Positions 20,431 to 29,402 of a DNA stretch of 64,000 nucleotides are shown piece by piece (position 1 is the stretch's first letter; every line of letters starts with the position of its first letter). The translations under genes and the position numbers were made by a program. The stretch spans positions 3,398 to 67,397 of the forward strand of contig CALWSS010000012.1 of the NCBI GenBank assembly GCA_944384255.1. Reading direction: 5' to 3'. This stretch comes from an uncultured Clostridia bacterium. GTDB lineage: Bacteria; Bacillota; Clostridia; Lachnospirales; Anaerotignaceae. The notes under the pieces are model-generated. The model did not search any database and was not told where the DNA came from. It worked only from the letters and a program-made list of their open reading frames with translations.

Positions 20431-21690
20431 TTAAAACTCAGGCATGTTAACAATATTACCTTCATTATCAAATTCAAGAACAAACGGTCCGCTTATTATT
20501 TCTATGTGTTTATTGCTTTTAATCTCCTCATAAAGCGGCAGTGATACAGCCATTTTTTCAAGTGAATTTGTATCACGAATAAATGCTGCCTTTAAAGAGT
20601 CAATATTTTTAACTTTAGATGATTCAAAAGCTGTTTTTATGGCGTCATAGTCATTTTGAGCCACACACGGTATTTTTGCCTGTAAAAGACATTTTGAAGT
20701 TATACCTGTAAGGGATGTAGCATTAATATCTATTTTGTCATAGGCACGTTTTGTAATAACATCTACTATGCCAAGGCCCATTGCGTTTCCGTGGGATTCA
20801 TCTGTAAAGTTTAAAACGGCTATTGATCTTATGTCAGGCTTTTCAGGTTCTTTTTGTCCTGTAATCATTATACGACCTACAACCTTAGTGTCTACACATG
20901 TGCCGGATATGTTCTTTCCTGCATCACGAATAATAAGAGAGTCAATATCATCTGCCGGAAGATGAACAAGCTCTTTTTTAACTTTAGCCAGTATACGTTT
21001 TTCAAACTCAAGAAGGTTCTCTGGCAGTGTTGCTTCAACATAATTTAATTCATGCTTCCAGTTTTCAGTTACTGCCAAAGCCAAAAATACAGGGAGTTTT
21101 TTAAGCATTAAATTTCCTGCTTCACGTATTGCCGGACCATAGCCCATTCTTAAAGCATTGGAATGAATTATTGATGCACCTTCCGGATTTCCAAGGCCTA
21201 TAGCCATAAGTTTAAATAAACCGCTTTCCGTAACATCCTCAAAATCTGTATGTGGCTTAATTCTGTTTACCAGTATAACATAATCAAATTTAAGAGCAAG
21301 TTTATTGCAGTAAACATCAATATCGTTTTCAGTTATGCCTAAAAATGTACTTTCGGCACATGTCTTAATAGGTGCTTCTACATTGCTTTCTGTAATACCT
21401 ATAGACTCAAGAACTTCTTTTTGTCCCTCTGGTGTTCCGCCGCCATGGCTTCCCATTGCGTTAAATATTACAGGACTTCCGCCGTTTTCTTTAACTATCC
21501 TTACAATAGACCTTACTACTTGGTCTATTTTGTTAATGCCCCTGCTTCCAACTGCTATGCCTACTTTTTTACCTTTAAGCTTGCTGAGCTCATCACTGTA
21601 AACATTAACGGCATCTCTTACGACCTTTTCTGTATCGTTTATTTTTTCAGCAGGATAATTCTGTTTAATCATTACAAATTTTGTTAACAT
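20431..21690 (-). CDS. LarA-N-terminal-domain-like (DUF2088-type) protein, possible hydroxyacid racemase/epimerase
   Basis: Weak recollection-based match only (..VGSRGI.., AMGSHGGGT resembling the LarA GTHR-type block). Operon context with sugar-acid dehydratases. Confidence 0.4.
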   Translation of the reverse strand: MLTKFVMIKQNYPAEKINDTEKVVRDAVNVYSDELSKLKGKKVGIAVGSRGINKIDQVVRSIVRIVKENGGSPVIFNAMGSHGGGTPEGQKEVLESIGITESNVEAPIKTCAESTFLGITENDIDVYCNKLALKFDYVILVNRIKPHTDFEDVTESGLFKLMAIGLGNPEGASIIHSNALRMGYGPAIREAGNLMLKKLPVFLALAVTENWKHELNYVEATLPENLLEFEKRILAKVKKELVHLPADDIDSLIIRDAGKNISGTCVDTKVVGRIMITGQKEPEKPDIRSIAVLNFTDESHGNAMGLGIVDVITKRAYDKIDINATSLTGITSKCLLQAKIPCVAQNDYDAIKTAFESSKVKNIDSLKAAFIRDTNSLEKMAVSLPLYEEIKSNKHIEIISGPFVLEFDNEGNIVNMPEF

Positions 21691-21706
21691 ATCAGTACCT
21701 CCATAA

Positions 21707-22867
21707 TTATGTTAAAATAGGTGAAACTCTATAAAGAGAAAACTCTCTGTGACCCAGCTTTTCGGCCGCTGTCTGTGTGCCTTCGGCAGTTTCCAATACT
21801 TTGTTGAACACAATTTCGCCGCCTTCTTTTATTGAAAGCTCTCCGTCAACTATATCAGAAAGGCACAAATCAAAGTTCTCACCCATTATGTTATAAATAT
21901 TTTTATTAGCCGTTACCTTAATTACCGGTGCACAAGCAAAGCCCATAGGCGTTCCCTTGCCTGTTGTAAATATAATTATCTGTGCTCCAGCACAGCCAAG
22001 ACCAAGACTGCAGGCTATGTCATTTCCCGGTGTATCAACAAATGTAACACCGCTTTTTTCAGCGCTTTGGCCAAAACCTATGGCATCCACAATTTTTGAA
22101 CTGCCTATTTTGCATATTCCGCCTAAAGATTTTTCTTCTATAGTAGAAAGGCCGCCTTCTATATTTCCCGGTGAAGGCTGAGTACCTCTTAAATCAACAT
22201 GCATATTTATGGCAGTATCTTCAACATTCTTAATTCTGCCTTTTATAAAATCAAAAATCTCTTTATTCTCACAAAGATTTTCTATTATGCCCTCTGCTCC
22301 CATAAGCTCGGTAGTTTCACCAAAAACAACTTTTCCGCCTAAAAAGCAGATTTTGTCTGTAAAAACTCCCACTGCCGGGTTTGAAGCTATGCCTGATGTA
22401 AAATCAGAACCACCGCATTCAACGCCTATAGTCAAGTTTGAAATATCCGTTTCAACCCTTTTCTGAGATGAAAGTATGTTTTCAAACTTTTGACATATTT
22501 TAACGCCTAAATCTACACAGTAATCCGTTCCGCCGTTTTCCTGCATAACCAAAAGTTCTGTATTCGGCTGTTCTTTTTTTATTTCTTCATAAAGCTTTTT
22601 AGGTATAATTTCTTCACAACAAAGGCCTAAAACCAAAACGGCGCCGTTATTAGGGTGAGTTCCCATTTTTTTAAGACAGTTAAATGAAAGCTCCAAGTCA
22701 TATCCCAGCTGGTCACAGCCGTAAGGGTGTGTATATGCATCAGCTGTAGGAACAAGAGAAGCTATTTTCTCAGCCACATGATTTACACATGCAACAGTAG
22801 GTATAACTGCTATTCTGTTTCTTACACCAAATGAACCGTTTGGTCGCTTATACATTTTTATTTTCAA
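21707..22867 (-). CDS. UxaA-family hydrolyase/dehydratase, large (C-terminal) subunit
   Basis: FGVRNRIAVIPTVACVNHV and CGGSDFTSG blocks typical of altronate/galactarate dehydratase C-terminal domains. Confidence 0.8.
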   Translation of the reverse strand: MKIKMYKRPNGSFGVRNRIAVIPTVACVNHVAEKIASLVPTADAYTHPYGCDQLGYDLELSFNCLKKMGTHPNNGAVLVLGLCCEEIIPKKLYEEIKKEQPNTELLVMQENGGTDYCVDLGVKICQKFENILSSQKRVETDISNLTIGVECGGSDFTSGIASNPAVGVFTDKICFLGGKVVFGETTELMGAEGIIENLCENKEIFDFIKGRIKNVEDTAINMHVDLRGTQPSPGNIEGGLSTIEEKSLGGICKIGSSKIVDAIGFGQSAEKSGVTFVDTPGNDIACSLGLGCAGAQIIIFTTGKGTPMGFACAPVIKVTANKNIYNIMGENFDLCLSDIVDGELSIKEGGEIVFNKVLETAEGTQTAAEKLGHREFSLYRVSPILT

Positions 22868-23157
22868 ATTAAATCACCCCTTCCTCTTTCACTTTCAAGA
22901 TTATGAGTATGAACTCTATCACCTTTTTGTATAAACATAGATGCTTTGCCTATTATTTGGCCGTACTTCATTACATGGCTGTCTTTTTCAATATCTTTAA
23001 CAGCAATTTTATGCCCTCGATTTATATCATCTAATGACTTTAAAACACAAACTGTATTTTTTTCAGAATCTTTTACTTCAACATCGTCGTTTTTAAAAAC
23101 ATCTTCAAGCACAGTAGCAACATTGTCCTTATGTGAAAGAATAATGGCTTTTTTCAT
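22864..23157 (-). CDS. UxaA-family dehydratase small subunit (SAF domain)
   Basis: 97 aa. DNVATVLEDV...GHKIAVKDI..G..V.KYGQ.IG pattern of the SAF/UxaA N-terminal domain. 4-nt overlap with the large subunit. Confidence 0.7.
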   Translation of the reverse strand: MKKAIILSHKDNVATVLEDVFKNDDVEVKDSEKNTVCVLKSLDDINRGHKIAVKDIEKDSHVMKYGQIIGKASMFIQKGDRVHTHNLESERGRGDLI

Positions 23158-23353
23158 TGTACCACTCCTTTATTCATAAGTCATTCTAATATTAAGGATG
23201 ACATTCTATATTTGTCTTATTGACATAAAAATATCACAATTATTCTGTTTTGTCAAATAAAATATAAAACAATAAATTAATGCATATTGCCATAAAACAT
23301 AAATACATGTAAAATAAAACTATCCTTTTTGTTAGGAGGTTTTGTATTAAATA

Positions 23354-24163
23354 ATGATAAAAGGAAGTTATAAAGCTAAATATCCTGTGCAAACAGTAGA
23401 AAAAGCTATAGATATTTTAATATTTCTTAAAAACCATAGTTCTGCCAAAGGTCTTACACTCAACGAAATTTCCGAAGGCGTTAATATTGGCAAAAGCTCT
23501 GTACATCGGTTTTTAGACACATTCCTTGAGTATGATTTTGTCGAAAAATCCGATGACGGCATATTTTATAAACTGGGCTGGGGTGCCTTTGAGATAGGAA
23601 GCGATGTGCCTAAATATAACGGCATGGACTCGGAAAAAATATCTTCATACCTTAAAGAGCTCAGCAACTATTTCGGCGAGATAATAAATATCGGTATTAA
23701 AAGCGGTAATTATATGGTAATTATAAAAAGGTTTTTCCCTGATAAAACATCCGGAAACCACAAGCTTATAACAAATGTAAACATCGGGGAAAGAGAGCCT
23801 TTGCACTGTACCGGTATAGGCAAGCTTTATTTAAGCGAAATGGATACAAAAGATGCTCTTTTAATATTTGAGTCACAAAAAGATATGGGAATTACAGAAA
23901 CATCAATTCATGATAAAGACAAGTTTTTAAACGAGATAGAACAGGTAAGAAAAAACGGTTATGCTATTGATAACAGAGAGTCATCAGATGATGTGTGCTG
24001 TATAGCCGTGCCTTTAAGGGACTATACTGGCAAAATAAAAGCCGGTATAAGTATTTCGGTTCCTGCCGGAAGGCTTTCCGGTGAAGAAATATATAAAGCG
24101 GCTGAAAAAATGAAAGACTCCGCTCTTATTGTTTCAAAATCAATAGGATACGCTGAAAATTAA
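23354..24163 (+). CDS. IclR-family transcriptional regulator
   Basis: N-terminal wHTH (LTLNEISEGVNIGKSSVHRFL) plus C-terminal effector domain (..HCTGIGK..). Divergent from the dehydratase operon. Confidence 0.85.
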   Translation: MIKGSYKAKYPVQTVEKAIDILIFLKNHSSAKGLTLNEISEGVNIGKSSVHRFLDTFLEYDFVEKSDDGIFYKLGWGAFEIGSDVPKYNGMDSEKISSYLKELSNYFGEIINIGIKSGNYMVIIKRFFPDKTSGNHKLITNVNIGEREPLHCTGIGKLYLSEMDTKDALLIFESQKDMGITETSIHDKDKFLNEIEQVRKNGYAIDNRESSDDVCCIAVPLRDYTGKIKAGISISVPAGRLSGEEIYKAAEKMKDSALIVSKSIGYAEN

Positions 24164-24181
24164 ATAAAGGTATGGTATTTT

Positions 24182-24367
24182 ATGTTTAATATCATTAAAG
24201 AGCTTTTAACAAAACCATTGGGATTTACTGAGATATTAATTATTTTTCTAATAATTGCATTTTTATTAATGCTCCTTATTGCCATTGATATTTATTATCA
24301 AATAATAAAAGCAAAAAAATTTATAAATAAATATCCCAAAGCGGCTCTTGTTTACATTATATGCTAA
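24182..24367 (+). CDS. small single-TM protein (first part of an ORF interrupted by an in-frame TAA)
   Basis: 61 codons with one hydrophobic helix. The same frame stays open for 59 more codons after the TAA, up to a terminator hairpin (see findings). Confidence 0.3.
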   Translation: MFNIIKELLTKPLGFTEILIIFLIIAFLLMLLIAIDIYYQIIKAKKFINKYPKAALVYIIC

Positions 24368-24980
24368 AAAGACAACATTAAAAATGCCGAAATAATCTGT
24401 TCAAAAGGCACATATTCCAAAGCATTTTGGACTAAAACTCCTTTTTTTAGTTACCCAAATAAAGTTATGGCATTTTATGTGCTTTCCGATTTAACATATA
24501 TTAATATATTAATACACTCTAAAAAATGTATAATTCAAAGCGGCTAAAACAAAAGTTTTAACCGCTTTTTTGTGCCTATAAATTAAAATAGTTTTCTGCT
24601 TTTGAGAACTTTAAACAAAAGAATAATATTCATTATTTTTAATTATAAATCCAGAGCATATAATTGGAACAATAATACATACCATGACATAAACCACGAC
24701 AACTGGCCACCCTGTAAAATTTATTAACCCCAATCTAAATATAATTACTAACTTTTATTAGCATAAATTCATACCACAGATTGAATATTATTTCAATGTA
24801 TATATGAAAATAATTGACGGTAATAATCTGTTTTTTGTATAATTATATAGTAATATTATTCTATTTTTTACACTGGAATAAATATTTAATAAACTGCTCT
24901 TTAAGCCGGTTTTATCTGTATTTTATCTCATGTGCAATAATAAAATAATGTTAAATATTCAGAGGAATTGGAGGTTAAAT

Positions 24981-27900
24981 ATGTTATTTAAAAAATTAAT
25001 ACGCAAAACTCTTGCTGTAGCAACAGCCCTTTCAGTCAGCCTGTCCGTACTGCCATTTAGCGCTTTTGCCGAAGAAAAAACAGCAACAATACAAATTGTA
25101 CATACCAATGACATACACGGATACTATACCGAAACAGAAGACGGAACACTTGGTTTTTCTATTTTAAAGGAAATTGCTGATAACCAAGGTGCTGACTTAA
25201 TTCTTGATGCCGGTGACTGTTTTCATGGTCAGGCTTTTGCCACAATAGAGCAAGGCAGAAGCATTGCCGAGCTTATGAAAGCAGTTGGCTATGACGCTGT
25301 TACCCCGGGTAATCATGACTGGAGCTATGGAGCAGAGCATTTAAAGGAGCTTGAGGAAATAGGCGGATTTAAAATACTTGCTTCTAATGTAATAAAATCC
25401 GACGGAACAGAATTTTTTGATTATGATTATTTAATAAAAGACGTTACAGCCGATGACGGAACAGAATTAAAAGTTGGTGTTGTAGGTGTAATTGACGATG
25501 CTTTTTATTCATCTACACCTTCTGAAAATTTGGAAGGCTTAAAATTCCAAGAAGAATCAGAAAAAGCTGCTCAAACGGCAGAATATTTAAAAGATACAGA
25601 AAAATGCGACATAGTTATTGCTCTTACACATCAAAGCAACTGTGAAGGCTTTGTATCTAATTTAAAAGATGTTGACGCCGTAATTGCAGGCCATGAACAT
25701 ATTGTTCTGGATGAAAGCTATCCTGACAGTGAAGGTAAACTTGTGCCTGTTGTTGAAGCAGGATATTACTTCAACAACGTAGGCGTTATGGATTTAACTG
25801 TTGATGCTGATACAAAACAGGTAACATCCATTGATGAAACGGTTTACAGTTTAGATACACTGACTGACAAAACAGGCGATGAAACCGTAGAAAATGAAAT
25901 TTCACAAATTGAAGAACGTCAGCAGTCTGTTCTTAGTGAAACAATAGGTTATTCAAACAAAGAATACCCATACTCATGGGAAGATATAAGAGTTTCTCAG
26001 CAGGAAATAGGCAAATTAGTAACAGAAAGCTATATTGCCCAAACCGGTGCAGACATAGCTTTTGAAAATGCCGGCGGAATACGTTCCGGCATAGACTCAG
26101 GCGATATTACATATCAGGATATAATAAGTATCTCTCCTTATGGAAATGTTTTAGTTACTAAAAAGCTGACAGGCAAAGAAATAATTGATATTTTAAATAA
26201 ATCTCTTGCCATAGGCAAAGAATGCAATGATGTTTACTCAGTTCAAAAAGAAGCAGTTCTTAAAGGTGAGGACCCGTATCAGTACCAGTGGCCGGATAAC
26301 AGTGGTTCTTACATACAGTTTAGCGGAATAGAAATTGAAACTGATGAAAACAACAGCATTGTTTCAGCCAAAATTGGCCAAACTGCTCTTGACGAAAACA
26401 AAATTTATACAGTAGCTACAAATAACTATTTATCAGAAAGCGAAGATTATCCTGCTTTAGCCTCAGCACTCCTTGATAAGGAATATGGTACATGTGAACA
26501 GGCACTTATTGCATATATAAGCAGCACATCTGTTTTGGATGAAAGTTCCGAAAGCACAGATAGCATTGAAAATACCGAAAGTATTACAGAAAAATCCGAT
26601 GATGAAGAAGCAACACGTGGTGAAGTGGCACAAATGCTTATTGTAGCCGCTGATGACTATAACCCGGGTGTTCAAAAGACAGATATACTTAAAGGCTATG
26701 GTGACGGCCAGCTTCATGAAGAAGAACCTGTAACAAGAGCCGAAGCCCTTGTTATGTTAAAACGTGCTTTTGGAGAAATTCCTGTTCCTACAGGAGTAAA
26801 TGCTGTTTTGGCATATCCGTCAGAAGAATTTACAGATATACCGGATTGGGCCAAAACAGAGCTTGAAGACGTATTTAACGCCGGAATAGTAGCAGGCACA
26901 TCAGAAGGCACTTTTTCACCTGATGAGCATGTTACAATAGGTCAAATGAAACTCTTTATAAGCCGTATGTACACTCTTTACGGAAGCAATGAAAAAGATG
27001 ATTTTTACGCAGCCGTAAATAAAGAATACCTTGAAAATTTTGAGTTTACACCGGGACAGCCAATAGGCGGTCTTACCTATGATATATCAGGCACAGTTAT
27101 GAATCAGGTAAACGACATAATAAACGAAGTTTTGTCTAAACCTCATGAAAAAGGAACACCGGAACAGAAAATAGCCGATTTATACGAAACTGTAATGGAT
27201 ATGGACGGCAGAAATAAAGCCGGATATGAGCCTTTAAAGCCTTATCTTGATTTAATTGACAGTGCTGAAAGTATAGACGACTTAATTTCTGTGCAGTCAG
27301 TTTTAAAAGAAGAAACAAGCACATATCAGTTTATGGACTTTTATTTAGATATAGATTATACAGATTCTACAAAAACAAGCTTATTCTTTGGCACTGCATA
27401 TCCGGAAATGGATAAAGCTTTTTATTCATCAGATGATGAAAACTCAAAAGAAATTTATTTAAATTATATAAAAGACAGACTTGCTCTTTTAGGCGATAAA
27501 AGCAACGTATCAGCCGAAGAAATTTTTAATTTTGACAAACAGCTTTCCGAAAAACAGCTTTCACCTGAGGCAGAAAGCGATGTTGACCAAATAAACAATG
27601 CATTTACATTCGATGAAATAGCAGATTTATTCCCAAATGTTGATATGGAAAAAGTGCTTAATGCATCAGGTCTTAAAAAAGAAGATAAAATCATTGTAAA
27701 CGATGTTGAAATTACAAAAGAATATGCAAAACTTTTTAGCAACAGCAACATTGATATTTTAAAAGCTAGAGCTAAATTGGAGTTATTTAATGATTTCGGC
27801 ACTTATTTAAGTCAGGACTTTATTGATTTAATAAATCAATTTAATGCTGATTTTTATGGCATTGACGGCTCATACACCATTGAAGAAATGGCTAACTTGG

Positions 27901-28865
27901 CAGTGCAAAACAATTTAAGTCAGTATGTTGGCAAAATTTATGCCGAAAAATACTTCTCTCCTGAAGCAAAATCAGATATTACAAATATGGTTGAAGATAT
28001 AATATCTGTTTATAAAAACCGTATTAAAAATCTTGACTGGATGAGTGAAACAACAAAAGAACAGGCTTTAAAGAAACTTGATACAATGTATATTAAAGTC
28101 GGTTATCCAGACACATGGGAATCTGTTGCTGACAATGTCGAGATTAAATCTGTTGAAGAAGGCGGCTCATATTTTTCAAACAAGGTAGCGTTATTAAAAG
28201 CTTCAAAAGAAAGCATTACAAACAGTCAAGGTGAACCTGTTGATAAAACTCAATGGTCAACTCCTGTTTTTACAGTAAATGCATTTTACTCCCCGTCTTA
28301 TAACGACATTACATTCCCTGCGGCATTTCTGCAAAAACCAATATATGACCCTGAAAAATCATACGAATATAATCTTGGTTCAGTCGGAATTGTAATTGCC
28401 CACGAAATTACTCATGCTTTCGACAACAATGGAGCAAAGTATGATGAAAACGGCAACGCAGCCGACTGGTGGACTGAAGAAGACTATACTGCTTTTGTTG
28501 AATTATGCAATAAAATGGCTGAACTTTATGACGGATACGAATTTGCTCCTGGTATAGCCATAAACGGAACACTTACACTTAGCGAAAATGTAGCCGACCA
28601 AGGTGCCCTTTCATGTGTACTTGAAATAGCTTCAGATTTGGAAGACCCTAATTACAAAGAGCTTTTCTACAGTCTTGGAGAGATGTTCTCTTTTGTAACA
28701 TCAAGGGAATATGCTGAATATATTGCTAATACCGATGTTCACGCTTTTGGCAGAACAAGGGTAAATCCGCTTGTTTCAAACTTCAGTGAATTTTACGATG
28801 CTTTCGGCATTACAGAAAAAGACGGAATGTATATTTCTCCTGAAAAAAGGGTTAAAATATGGTAA
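24981..28865 (+). CDS. secreted multidomain protein: 5'-nucleotidase/metallophosphoesterase + SLH repeats + M13 (PepO/neprilysin-like) zinc peptidase
   Basis: GGAGG RBS and signal peptide from ATG 24981 (MLFKKLIRKTLAVATALSVSLSVLPFSAFA). HTNDIHG, DAGD, GNHD, GHEH and NAGGIRS belong to the UshA-like part. Three SLH-like segments (ATRGEVAQML, VTRAEALVML, VTIGQMKLFI). C-terminal HEITHAFD and ENVADQGA are M13 motifs. Confidence 0.8.
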   Translation: MLFKKLIRKTLAVATALSVSLSVLPFSAFAEEKTATIQIVHTNDIHGYYTETEDGTLGFSILKEIADNQGADLILDAGDCFHGQAFATIEQGRSIAELMKAVGYDAVTPGNHDWSYGAEHLKELEEIGGFKILASNVIKSDGTEFFDYDYLIKDVTADDGTELKVGVVGVIDDAFYSSTPSENLEGLKFQEESEKAAQTAEYLKDTEKCDIVIALTHQSNCEGFVSNLKDVDAVIAGHEHIVLDESYPDSEGKLVPVVEAGYYFNNVGVMDLTVDADTKQVTSIDETVYSLDTLTDKTGDETVENEISQIEERQQSVLSETIGYSNKEYPYSWEDIRVSQQEIGKLVTESYIAQTGADIAFENAGGIRSGIDSGDITYQDIISISPYGNVLVTKKLTGKEIIDILNKSLAIGKECNDVYSVQKEAVLKGEDPYQYQWPDNSGSYIQFSGIEIETDENNSIVSAKIGQTALDENKIYTVATNNYLSESEDYPALASALLDKEYGTCEQALIAYISSTSVLDESSESTDSIENTESITEKSDDEEATRGEVAQMLIVAADDYNPGVQKTDILKGYGDGQLHEEEPVTRAEALVMLKRAFGEIPVPTGVNAVLAYPSEEFTDIPDWAKTELEDVFNAGIVAGTSEGTFSPDEHVTIGQMKLFISRMYTLYGSNEKDDFYAAVNKEYLENFEFTPGQPIGGLTYDISGTVMNQVNDIINEVLSKPHEKGTPEQKIADLYETVMDMDGRNKAGYEPLKPYLDLIDSAESIDDLISVQSVLKEETSTYQFMDFYLDIDYTDSTKTSLFFGTAYPEMDKAFYSSDDENSKEIYLNYIKDRLALLGDKSNVSAEEIFNFDKQLSEKQLSPEAESDVDQINNAFTFDEIADLFPNVDMEKVLNASGLKKEDKIIVNDVEITKEYAKLFSNSNIDILKARAKLELFNDFGTYLSQDFIDLINQFNADFYGIDGSYTIEEMANLAVQNNLSQYVGKIYAEKYFSPEAKSDITNMVEDIISVYKNRIKNLDWMSETTKEQALKKLDTMYIKVGYPDTWESVADNVEIKSVEEGGSYFSNKVALLKASKESITNSQGEPVDKTQWSTPVFTVNAFYSPSYNDITFPAAFLQKPIYDPEKSYEYNLGSVGIVIAHEITHAFDNNGAKYDENGNAADWWTEEDYTAFVELCNKMAELYDGYEFAPGIAINGTLTLSENVADQGALSCVLEIASDLEDPNYKELFYSLGEMFSFVTSREYAEYIANTDVHAFGRTRVNPLVSNFSEFYDAFGITEKDGMYISPEKRVKIW

Positions 28866-28898
28866 TATAATAATTAATATAAGAATTCAGTAAACATA

Positions 28899-28930
28899 AA
28901 AGACAGAGCCTTTATTTAGGTTCTGTCTTT
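28899..28930. terminator. bidirectional terminator between convergent transcription units
   Basis: AGACAGAGCC-TTTATTT-AGGTTCTGTCT with flanking A/T runs. Ends both the + strand fusion gene and the minus-strand CIS array. Confidence 0.6.
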
Positions 28931-28964
28931 ATTGTTATGGCTTTATTGAATTAATAATGTTATA

Positions 28965-29381
28965 TTACGGCAGTTGTTTTACAATATCATGGCAGTAATT
29001 ATCTGCAATCATACCGGAAAGAAGGACTATCTGCTCAATTAATGCCTTTTGCTCATCATCACTTCCGTATATGTACTGACATGTTCTTACACTTATGTCA
29101 CCTGTGTTTGGGTCCATTTGAAAGCTTCCTGTTTTAAGCTGATAATTTATTTTCATTAGATACTCACTTATAAGCCCTCTGTACTGAGCCTCTACACGTA
29201 TGTTGCAGTCAACAAAAAATGCCAGCATTCTTTCTTCTTCCATACACATGGCAAAGGCATTATATTTTCCTTTTTCACCGCTTATATAAAAAGATAAAAT
29301 ATCGCTGCCGTTTTCGTTTTTCTCATGAAGCGGCAGGTTATACTTTTTAGCAAAGGCCATAAACCCGTCTCTAACTGTCAT
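28965..29381 (-). CDS. YbjN / type-III-secretion-chaperone-like small protein (last gene of the CIS array)
   Basis: 138 aa, acidic. Pattern (..ILSFYISGEKGKYNAFAMCMEEERMLAFFV.. then ..TGDISVRT..) resembles YbjN-family chaperone-like folds; recollection only. Confidence 0.4.
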   Translation of the reverse strand: MTVRDGFMAFAKKYNLPLHEKNENGSDILSFYISGEKGKYNAFAMCMEEERMLAFFVDCNIRVEAQYRGLISEYLMKINYQLKTGSFQMDPNTGDISVRTCQYIYGSDDEQKALIEQIVLLSGMIADNYCHDIVKQLP

Positions 29382-29402
29382 TTTAATTCCTCCGTTTAAT
29401 TT

